Of a stretch of 64,000 nt of DNA, positions 55,891-63,420 are shown one piece after another. The position numbers and the translations under genes are program-made. The notes beneath the pieces are model-generated. The model had not been told where the DNA came from. It did not search any database and saw only the letters and a program-made list of their open reading frames with translations. The stretch's first letter is position 1, and each line of letters starts with the position of its first letter. The stretch is from an uncultured virus (IMG/VR IMGVR_UViG_3300045836_000189) (lineage: Duplodnaviria; Heunggongvirae; Uroviricota; Caudoviricetes): positions 62,001 through 126,000 of IMG/VR virus record IMGVR_UViG_3300045836_000189; one strand, 5' to 3'.

Positions 55891-56946
55891 TTATACCATG
55901 AACCGATAAGGAGCTGTGAATTTCAGGACGATCTTATGGAATGGAGGATCGTCTGTCTGACTACCATTGTACTCAATAAGCAGGTCTTTCTCTTCCTGAG
56001 TAACTTTACATTCAGCAAGCCTTACCTGGCAGCGGTAATTATTTACTTCCGGTTCTATATCATTATCTGCATCAAAGCCCTCTGGTAATTTTGGATACTT
56101 ACTACGGTTAAATAAGAACATTTCGGTATCCCCGGATATTTCTACAAAGGATTGCCACTCCCACTTGCCGTCTACCAGCTCATTTACTTCGTATCTCCGA
56201 TTGGTGCTCTCCAGGTTCAGGTGGGCAGCACAGGCTATAGCATCTTCATTAAAAAGATTCATCTCTTTAATAAGATTTACCAGCAGGTCAAACGTCTGCA
56301 TGTTGGTTTTCCGGAAAAATTTAAAGATGGAAGCCTTGTGTGCTTTGTTTACCAGCAAGTCATCTATTACTTCATTCATAGTGGCTTCATCCAGATCCGT
56401 GTAATCCTTACGGTATTTAACCCTGTTTAGCCTGTTCATGAGGAAGTTATTGATCTTCATCTCATTAACAGTCAGCAGGAATATAAACCGGGTAGGATAG
56501 TTCCCATCCATCAAAAGAAGTAAATCATTACTCTTATCACCATTGGGATAGATCTTTTCAAATTCATCAATGAAGATGATAGCATCCGGATACTGGGTCA
56601 GGTAGTCAATAAAGTCACTACCAAAGAATGGTTCAGTAATCATGATTACCGGCTTACCGGAATCAATACAGAACTTCTGGGCAGTAATGGTTTTACCAGA
56701 GCCTTTTAGTCCGGAAAGAATGATACCCATGTTTTTCTCCGAGTTGTGCTCGTATGATTTCATCCACCGCTCAATAATGCTTTGGTCTCCGTAAATTTTT
56801 TTAGGGAGTCTGAAATTCTCTTTCTGCACCAGGTAGTAACCATCCCTGGGATCAAACTTCAGCATGTAATTACCCGGAGGCAGGGAATCATGAGTGTTGG
56901 ATACGTTTGCTGTCTTAAAGACACCATTTGATTCAATGATTTTCAT
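55891..56946 (-). CDS. AAA+ ATPase no. 3
   Basis: GLKGSGKT, IFIDEFEK, LLLLMDG, LTVN, NRLNRVKY; start adjusted to MKIIES. Confidence 0.85.
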   Translation of the reverse strand: MKIIESNGVFKTANVSNTHDSLPPGNYMLKFDPRDGYYLVQKENFRLPKKIYGDQSIIERWMKSYEHNSEKNMGIILSGLKGSGKTITAQKFCIDSGKPVIMITEPFFGSDFIDYLTQYPDAIIFIDEFEKIYPNGDKSNDLLLLMDGNYPTRFIFLLTVNEMKINNFLMNRLNRVKYRKDYTDLDEATMNEVIDDLLVNKAHKASIFKFFRKTNMQTFDLLVNLIKEMNLFNEDAIACAAHLNLESTNRRYEVNELVDGKWEWQSFVEISGDTEMFLFNRSKYPKLPEGFDADNDIEPEVNNYRCQVRLAECKVTQEEKDLLIEYNGSQTDDPPFHKIVLKFTAPYRFMV

Positions 56947-57042
56947 ATAATTATCTGTACGGATTAATGGAGTGACAAAACAATAGCCGGTAGCGGTCAC
57001 CACCGGCTATAAATAGTTTAAATGATGGTTAGTGTTACAGGC

Positions 57043-57831
57043 TTAGAGGCTTACCTCTTTAGTCTGTTTTTTCTCTGCAGGTGCAGTGATAAAGTGGGCA
57101 TACCGGGTAAAGAAATCCTTTACCTTCTGCTCATCTATGCATTCTGCAGCAATAGTTTGTTTCTGCTTTCCGATGTAACGGAGCATGACATTGTGGTCAT
57201 AGGCTTTGCCCAAAGATCTTACTGTGTTCACAAACTCCTGGATGAAGTACTTTTGACAAGTCCTTCCCATCTCCGGCATGAGTTTCATCACTTCTGATGT
57301 CTGGGAAACCAATAGTTCAGCAGGGCCCTCATTCACAACGGTAAAGGTTCCGGTCTTCAGGGCTGAGTTGATACGGTGACCGAAGAAAAAGCCTGTATTG
57401 CTTAAGATACCTGCTGCTATGGTGATCTCTATATCATACTTGTTATAGATAACCATCAGCTTGCGGTAGTCCGGCTTAATACTGCTCCAGGCATGGATGT
57501 AATCATCCAGCTTCCAGGATTTGGAGCTTGAGTTTAAAAGAGCAATGGTCTTCACCAGGTCCTCATAATTACTGATGCCATGGATGGTCACATAGGGAAT
57601 ATCTATACCCAGTGCCATACAAGCTTCATACTTGTGCTGGCCTTCTATGATATAGGTTTCCTTCTTTCCGGTAATAAAGCTCAGTTCTGCTACAATGATT
57701 GCCTGAAGCATCCCTATTTCAGAGATGGATTTTTTCAGCTTGGCAATGTGTGCAGGGGCTGTTTCACGGTTGATCCCAACTAACTTCTTGAAGCCCTTCT
57801 TGGAATCCTTTTTGAGAATTTGGATGTTCAT
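57043..57831 (-). CDS. ParB/Srx-like N-terminal domain protein
   Basis: INR...HIAKLKKSI...IIV...IIEGQHKYEAC...LN. Confidence 0.7.
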   Translation of the reverse strand: MNIQILKKDSKKGFKKLVGINRETAPAHIAKLKKSISEIGMLQAIIVAELSFITGKKETYIIEGQHKYEACMALGIDIPYVTIHGISNYEDLVKTIALLNSSSKSWKLDDYIHAWSSIKPDYRKLMVIYNKYDIEITIAAGILSNTGFFFGHRINSALKTGTFTVVNEGPAELLVSQTSEVMKLMPEMGRTCQKYFIQEFVNTVRSLGKAYDHNVMLRYIGKQKQTIAAECIDEQKVKDFFTRYAHFITAPAEKKQTKEVSL

Positions 57832-57839
57832 AGTTTATA

Positions 57840-58145
57840 CTAATTGTTACTTGTTTGCTTGTCTTTAAGCATTTGGCTGAGATCCTCCCCATATTCCTTG
57901 TTAAGTGCCTTGTGAATAGCCTCTTCCATGCTAATACAGTATTCAGTGGCATCAATACAGGCCAGGAACAGGGCTACTATACCTAAATCCATGGTGATGG
58001 CCGCTACCTTGTCACAGAGTCTTTCTATGAAATGAGTAGCAGTCCAGTGCCAGCCATAAATAATTTGAAACAAGATTGTTTCAGCAATGCTGAAGTAAAG
58101 GCCCCATTTGGTAAGCCATACTCCTATTTTCAGTTTGGTCTTCAT
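57840..58145 (-). CDS. Small two-TM membrane protein
   Basis: Two hydrophobic segments. Confidence 0.55.
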   Translation of the reverse strand: MKTKLKIGVWLTKWGLYFSIAETILFQIIYGWHWTATHFIERLCDKVAAITMDLGIVALFLACIDATEYCISMEEAIHKALNKEYGEDLSQMLKDKQTSNN

Positions 58146-58672
58146 GATACGGTTACGTGATTAAGTTCTTTCCACCGGGCAACGACAGACCTGCCAAGGT
58201 CCGTGTCCCACAGGACTGAATAATGAATATTGTCTTTTGCAGTATCCTGGTCTCTCTTACAGCACGCTTCCCTTCCCTGTTCCGGTTTAAGACCCAGGTC
58301 ATGCAGACCACAGAGATTATCCTCTGTAAGCATGATACATTTTCCACTTGGATTCAGGGGAGCGTACCTGCCTCCGGTATGTTCGGACTTGTATTTCTTC
58401 TCCTCACCGGTTGCCCTGGCAATCATGGAGAGCATCATACTGAACATATCTGCCAGTTCACTATCTCCAAGACCCATATCTTCCGGGTAAATAGCCATGG
58501 TCAGCACATGTATATCATGCTTACCTTCTCCAATACCGTGATAGACATCACGCTGGATGAGTCCTGCATATCCGGCATCCAGAAGCTTTGAAAATTCTTC
58601 CGGAGTACCCCAGCAGGGACGTTTATAACACATAGCTACTCCCTTAGAGCAGCCCGTACAGGTAACTCCCAT
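58142..58672 (-). CDS. Cys-cluster (YkgJ-like Zn/Fe-S) protein
   Basis: CTGC...C...PC...CIMLTEDNLCGLH..KP...CC. Confidence 0.65.
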   Translation of the reverse strand: MGVTCTGCSKGVAMCYKRPCWGTPEEFSKLLDAGYAGLIQRDVYHGIGEGKHDIHVLTMAIYPEDMGLGDSELADMFSMMLSMIARATGEEKKYKSEHTGGRYAPLNPSGKCIMLTEDNLCGLHDLGLKPEQGREACCKRDQDTAKDNIHYSVLWDTDLGRSVVARWKELNHVTVS

Positions 58673-58716
58673 TACATTTAATAAGTTTAACGGTAAGACT
58701 TACAAACCTGTGAGGT

Positions 58717-58977
58717 TTACTTCAGTATCACAGTGACACTGGTAGACCTCTGGTCCAATTGTGATCGGGTTATGATACCAGCTGCTTTCAATTCCTTCAG
58801 CCAGCGTTTAATGGTTGAATGACCCGCATTCAACTCATCAGATAGACGGTTGATACCTGGATTACAGGTGTTGGTGATGCTGTCTTTGTAACAGCATAAT
58901 AGTGCATAGAGGCTTTTTGCTCCGGGAGACAAGGAAGGATCAGCCAATACTTCTTTACTGACCTTGCCAAAACCCAT
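58717..58977 (-). CDS. Winged-HTH (HTH_36-like) protein
   Basis: LSPGAKSLYALL...CNPGINRLSDELN..STIKRWLKELKAAGII. Confidence 0.75.
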   Translation of the reverse strand: MGFGKVSKEVLADPSLSPGAKSLYALLCCYKDSITNTCNPGINRLSDELNAGHSTIKRWLKELKAAGIITRSQLDQRSTSVTVILK

Positions 58978-59001
58978 AAAAGTGTGATTAAAATGGGTGA
59001 C

Positions 59002-59628
59002 CTATTGATCACCCATGTCTGGATCTTTTCCAAAAAGTTTTCCCAGCAGCTCATTGAGGTTGCCTTTAACACCGGACTTCTTCATACTCTGAATTTCAGA
59101 ATCAATCTGGTCCATTTTGTCTTTGGGGCAAACCTTTTCTATGAACTTATCCCAGGTAAAATTGCTGTCCTTGATAGCTTTGATGGCCATTTGGATAGGA
59201 GTATACCGTGATTTGGTAAACATATCCTCAATAACCATCCTCAGTCCTCTGACGAATTTATCCTGAGCATCCTCTTCCTTCTTGTCTCCCTCCGGCTTCT
59301 TTTCGGATTTTTTGTTCTCCATTGCCTCAAGCTCTTCATAGAGCCCCAGCACTTCTGAACGGACATCCCTGAAGATCAATAGACAATAGGTCTGCTCTTC
59401 CGGGGTTCTCAGATGAGAAAAGGCCAGGTCAAGAGTGCCTGTTGCAGTGGTCAGCTCATCCGGAGCCTCATCCGGGCTGTCATACAGGTCTTTAACCAGC
59501 ATCCTGGCGGACAATGCCTCAAACAGGATGGCATTGCTCACAAAGTTTCTCTGATAGAAAGAGAGACCCAGGGAATCTTCCCAGTTCTCTGCTTTGTGGT
59601 TCAATTTGGGTAGGATTAGCTTTTGCAT
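59002..59628 (-). CDS. Hypothetical helical protein
   Basis: ORF track. Confidence 0.6.
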   Translation of the reverse strand: MQKLILPKLNHKAENWEDSLGLSFYQRNFVSNAILFEALSARMLVKDLYDSPDEAPDELTTATGTLDLAFSHLRTPEEQTYCLLIFRDVRSEVLGLYEELEAMENKKSEKKPEGDKKEEDAQDKFVRGLRMVIEDMFTKSRYTPIQMAIKAIKDSNFTWDKFIEKVCPKDKMDQIDSEIQSMKKSGVKGNLNELLGKLFGKDPDMGDQ

Positions 59629-59719
59629 GTTCTTTTAAAGATTGGGTAAAAATAATAAGATTCTGTAGAATACCAAAAAACTTCTACAGTTTAAACCTAA
59701 AAAATTTGTAGAGTTAGGC

Positions 59720-60139
59720 TTATTTGGACAGCTCTTTCACCAGCCTGTCAATGATTTGCTCAGAGGTTTCACCGGCCTCATTCTGGAAATGCTCTACAAG
59801 AATCCGGTCTTTCAGATCCTCTACGTCTACATTTTTTCCAGCAGCCTGGAAATTCGGAGTATAATATCCTTGTTCATCTCTGCTGTATCCAAATCCGGTT
59901 ACCTGAACATCTTTAGTGGTGAATGCTTTTACAAAAGCTGCTTTGGTATCTTGTACTTTTTGAGCGGCAGCCTTAATTACAGCTTTTTCATCATCCACAG
60001 CTTTCTTATAAGCTTTATACTCTTTTGAAGACTGGTAGCTTTTCTTTACAGCTTCCACATTTGCTCTCTGAGCTTCTTCAATTCTGTTTTTTACTTGGTT
60101 AGCTAAGGCTTTAGCTACGGGTACGGTTAACTTTTTCAT
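59720..60139 (-). CDS. Hypothetical Lys/Ala-rich protein
   Basis: ORF track. Confidence 0.6.
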   Translation of the reverse strand: MKKLTVPVAKALANQVKNRIEEAQRANVEAVKKSYQSSKEYKAYKKAVDDEKAVIKAAAQKVQDTKAAFVKAFTTKDVQVTGFGYSRDEQGYYTPNFQAAGKNVDVEDLKDRILVEHFQNEAGETSEQIIDRLVKELSK

Positions 60140-60173
60140 TTTGGTTTTTTAATAAGAATGGATTATTAATTAG

Positions 60174-60515
60174 TTATTTCAGCTGTTCAGCTAATTGGTC
60201 AAGAGCTTTGTCAATTTCCTCTATATAGTTAGTAGCATAAGAGAGGGCCTGAAACCTCTTACGGCAATAGTATCCGGCACCAAGTCCCAGGTTCTCATCA
60301 TTGGTGATATTATCCCAATGGACGTATACAATGGTTCCTTTTTTCTTTTTTCCAAATGTATTTTGGTCTACATAGTTCGGACCTATGGCTGTGATGGTGC
60401 CCTCCGTAACGTTGGCATAATGACCAGTGAAATATCCGGGAGCTTTCCCCCAGTCTGGTCCTTTTGTTACCCGGTCTCCAATACTTGCTTCCGGGGCATA
60501 AACAGGCTTGTTCAT
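60174..60515 (-). CDS. MIB/HERC2-like head plus shared C-terminal helix
   Basis: IGDRVTKGPDW...GTI...VHWD; tail IEEIDKALDQLAEQL. Confidence 0.7.
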   Translation of the reverse strand: MNKPVYAPEASIGDRVTKGPDWGKAPGYFTGHYANVTEGTITAIGPNYVDQNTFGKKKKGTIVYVHWDNITNDENLGLGAGYYCRKRFQALSYATNYIEEIDKALDQLAEQLK

Positions 60516-60811
60516 GATTTTTGTAGTTTTTCTTCCAGCTTATCAAGGGCTTCTGTGAGTTCATCCAGGGACGGAGGTTCATCAAGGTAATACAGGTCAT
60601 AATAACCAGCATGTCCCACTCTGTAATTCCAAATAACCTTGGAGCCTTCCCACTGTACATCTGCCCAAAAGCCTGTACTAATTGATTCGCTCACAAGGGT
60701 GCCTGTTCCTGTACCTCCTCCATGTATATCCTGGTCACCCCATTCCCAGTCTCTACCCCGTTTTACACGAGCTCCTTTCCTGTAGTTCTCAGGAGTTACC
60801 GGTATCTTCAT
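60512..60811 (-). CDS. MIB/HERC2 domain plus shared C-terminal helix
   Basis: GARVKRGRDWEWGDQD..GG..GT...DVQWE...NYRVG..G.YDL; tail LDELTEALDKLEEKL; start adjusted. Confidence 0.8.
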   Translation of the reverse strand: MKIPVTPENYRKGARVKRGRDWEWGDQDIHGGGTGTGTLVSESISTGFWADVQWEGSKVIWNYRVGHAGYYDLYYLDEPPSLDELTEALDKLEEKLQKS

Positions 60812-61106
60812 CACTGCTCCTTTCCAGCTTGGAAGCAAGCCTGTTCAGAGCAGCTTCAATATCCTTAAACTCTACTTCGGGGTAGATCAGAGGAATCTTT
60901 CCAGACTTTATCTGGTACCCTGGCCATATCCCTTTGGCAAGCTGTGGAAATCCTTTCCATTTTACCTGGATGATTTCTGAGTACTTGTGGATCTCTACAA
61001 TCCTGCCCTTTTTTACTCCTTTAAACCGGGAATCGTGAGGTCCCCAGTCCGGACCGGGAGCCACTATGTCTCCAATTTTGGCAGTATTAACGTTAACTGG
61101 TTTCAT
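60789..61106 (-). CDS. MIB/HERC2-like head plus shared C-terminal helix
   Basis: IGDIVAPGPDW...QVKW; tail FKDIEAALNRLASKL. Confidence 0.7.
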   Translation of the reverse strand: MKPVNVNTAKIGDIVAPGPDWGPHDSRFKGVKKGRIVEIHKYSEIIQVKWKGFPQLAKGIWPGYQIKSGKIPLIYPEVEFKDIEAALNRLASKLERSSDEDTGNS

Positions 61107-61407
61107 GATTTATCCTTTCTTGCTTTTCAATGAGTTTCTCCACTTCCTGGAATAAGGTTGTTAAATCCTCTGTAGTTGAATCATAGACTGACAGTTCGTA
61201 TTTTCCCGCCGCTCCAATTCGGTAAGAATAGTTGAATCCTCCTGGTTTCCACCTCACATCAGCATACCATCCGGCAATGTCATCACATACTTCGGTAATA
61301 ATACCATACTGACTAACACCAACGTGATGATTCTCCGAATGATTCCAATCAGGGCCTTTGCAGACTTTCATGCCTACAAAAGCATTTTCATGCGTCACCT
61401 TTTCCAT
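61093..61407 (-). CDS. MIB/HERC2-like head plus shared C-terminal helix
   Basis: VGMKVCKGPDW...DVRWKPG...SYRIGAAGKYEL; tail LTTLFQEVEKLIEKQ. Confidence 0.75.
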   Translation of the reverse strand: MEKVTHENAFVGMKVCKGPDWNHSENHHVGVSQYGIITEVCDDIAGWYADVRWKPGGFNYSYRIGAAGKYELSVYDSTTEDLTTLFQEVEKLIEKQERINHETS

Positions 61408-62009
61408 AGAACTTTACTCATCAGATACAGTGTTTCTATAAATATCCTGGGGATACTCAGCAGGAACTTCTTGATCTTCCTGGGAAGACGTAGCAGCCAG
61501 GCTATCAGGTTACCATGCTTTTTACCCAGCATGATGTCTGCCTGGATCTGGTCCAGTCCATCCATGATCTGTTCAATGGTCTCCTGTTTCTTCTCCACTG
61601 TAGATTCAGATACATCTTCTGCTGGAAGGGTAGCACCTGTGTAAACAGGTTTTGAGAAAGAGGAAGATTTACCATGTGCAGCCAGGAAGTTATCTTTGTA
61701 TTCCTGCCATTGATCCACGGTTGGGAATCCTTTTCCAGGAGAAAGTTCCTGTTCATAAACATGCCTTAAATCATGCCGTGAACTGAGTCCTGTTCTATAT
61801 TTAGCTGACTTTCCATTATCCCATTCTACTTCACAGTACAAGCCGTTCTTAAACACAATAACAATAGTCCCCATGGTTCCGGGAAGCATCTCATATATAG
61901 TGAAGGGAAAGTCAAAAGTGGTATCCCTGAACCAATCGGGGCCACCCGCCATTACTCTTAGTCCGACTCTTACTTCATCATAGCGTACAGGATCTCCTGG
62001 TTTTAACAT
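61395..62009 (-). CDS. MIB/HERC2-like head, internal shared helix and basic amphipathic C-terminal extension
   Basis: VGLRVMAGGPDW...GTI...EVEWDNGKSAKYRTG...HDLR; IEQIMDGLDQIQADI; LIAWLLRLPRKIKKFLL. Confidence 0.7.
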   Translation of the reverse strand: MLKPGDPVRYDEVRVGLRVMAGGPDWFRDTTFDFPFTIYEMLPGTMGTIVIVFKNGLYCEVEWDNGKSAKYRTGLSSRHDLRHVYEQELSPGKGFPTVDQWQEYKDNFLAAHGKSSSFSKPVYTGATLPAEDVSESTVEKKQETIEQIMDGLDQIQADIMLGKKHGNLIAWLLRLPRKIKKFLLSIPRIFIETLYLMSKVLWKR

Positions 62010-62335
62010 TGGTTTCCTCCTTTCTGCTCTGCCACTTTAAGCAGGAGCAGATCCAGATTAAAATAGATTTGTTCAATAACAGGGAGCTGCTTCACCAGAT
62101 TCCTGGGAAGGTCTCTAATGGATACCTTGAAGTACTTATTCTTCCTGTTATTCTTACAGCCCCAGGCATACTTGATTTCTTCAAACCTGAGTTTTTTGTT
62201 GTGTGTGATCTCTTTAACTGTCAGCACCTGTCCCGGCTTTACCCAGGACTGCTCACAGTCATTTAGTATTTTGATTTTGCAGCCTATAAGGGACTGGCTG
62301 ATTTCAGGATGGATAAGATCTTCATAAGTAGCCAT
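62003..62335 (-). CDS. SH3-like head plus shared C-terminal helix (paralog of 62338-62646)
   Basis: LIGCKIKILN...GQVLTV...WGCKNN; tail IEQIYFNLDLLLLKV. Confidence 0.65.
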   Translation of the reverse strand: MATYEDLIHPEISQSLIGCKIKILNDCEQSWVKPGQVLTVKEITHNKKLRFEEIKYAWGCKNNRKNKYFKVSIRDLPRNLVKQLPVIEQIYFNLDLLLLKVAEQKGGNQC

Positions 62336-62337
62336 AA

Positions 62338-62646
62338 TTAACTCAGTTTATCTTCTAGCCGCTCCAGATGAAGTAGTATATCATCCATCAGCGGTGAGAG
62401 TGCTTTATCAATATGTTTTAACTCATAGATCATCTCCTGACCTTCCAGTACCTGGAATAATTTTCTACCGGAGTTATTGGCACATGACCAGTAACGGCCT
62501 CCTATTTCCTTGATACCCAGGTTCTTTGACCGGTATCCGGAAACAGTATAGATCTGTCCATTCTTCAGGCGTTCAAACCCATTGTTGTTCAGGATCAGGA
62601 TCTGTTTGCCTATTAACTCCCTGCAGGCATCCGGGAAATAGCTCAT
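62338..62646 (-). CDS. SH3-like head plus shared C-terminal helix
   Basis: LIGKQILILN...GQIYTV...WSCANN; tail MDDILLHLERLEDKL. Confidence 0.65.
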   Translation of the reverse strand: MSYFPDACRELIGKQILILNNNGFERLKNGQIYTVSGYRSKNLGIKEIGGRYWSCANNSGRKLFQVLEGQEMIYELKHIDKALSPLMDDILLHLERLEDKLS

Positions 62647-62756
62647 GATGATTGAAATTGAATACAGTACTAAATGGTAAAGCATGACAGACCAAACCTG
62701 GAGAGGAGTGGATATTACTACCCCTGTGTCCCCATTAAGCCTGCCATGCTTATGTC

Positions 62757-63116
62757 CTACTTCTTTGCTTTCAAAGCTTCCAGTTTCCGGTTCAGCAGAT
62801 ACTTGGCCACTGGTTCATAAGCACGTAAAAGCACATAGTGAACCATCCCCTGGATAGCACACATTATAAAGGCCGTAAACAAGAAGTTGTACAGCCAGTA
62901 GTGTGATACTACCACCACAGGGAGATCGCTCGTCAGAAGCAGGATAAACACGCACCAGTGGCCAAAGCACCAGGGACAGTGAATCAGGTCTTCTATCTTT
63001 TGATTGAGAGGGCTGATCCACTCCCGGAATGGTTTGAAGATACCGGTGGATGTGACGGTGAAGGAGATGGAAGCACAGCATAGTGCTCCCATGACCAGGA
63101 ATAGGAACTCTTTCAT
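62757..63116 (-). CDS. DUF1360-like membrane protein
   Basis: IFKPFREW...LIHCPWCFGHW plus hydrophobic segments. Confidence 0.65.
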   Translation of the reverse strand: MKEFLFLVMGALCCASISFTVTSTGIFKPFREWISPLNQKIEDLIHCPWCFGHWCVFILLLTSDLPVVVVSHYWLYNFLFTAFIMCAIQGMVHYVLLRAYEPVAKYLLNRKLEALKAKK

Positions 63117-63117
63117 G

Positions 63118-63420
63118 TTATATTACCTCATCAGCTTCTTCAAGGCCATCTTCCGAAATCCGGTCCCCATCCTGCAGATCTGAGTCTTCAGGGACTTCCC
63201 TTAAGATCTCAAAGTCTGATCCTCCACATCCACAACCTGAGTACACCACCAGCCTTACTTTGCGGGTCTTTGGCATATAAGCTCCCAGAATGTCCTCTAT
63301 ACTCATCTCTTCTGCCTTTTTGATCACAGGAGCTTTTTCCTGTTCCTTGTGGAACTCTTCTCTCAGTTGGGCCAGGTTGTCCTTCTCCTGACCGGCTTTA
63401 CGGTTTTTAAGCTTTTGCAT
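63118..63420 (-). CDS. Small acidic protein with CGCGG motif
   Basis: YSGCGCGGS; overlaps the ATPase stop codon. Confidence 0.6.
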   Translation of the reverse strand: MQKLKNRKAGQEKDNLAQLREEFHKEQEKAPVIKKAEEMSIEDILGAYMPKTRKVRLVVYSGCGCGGSDFEILREVPEDSDLQDGDRISEDGLEEADEVI

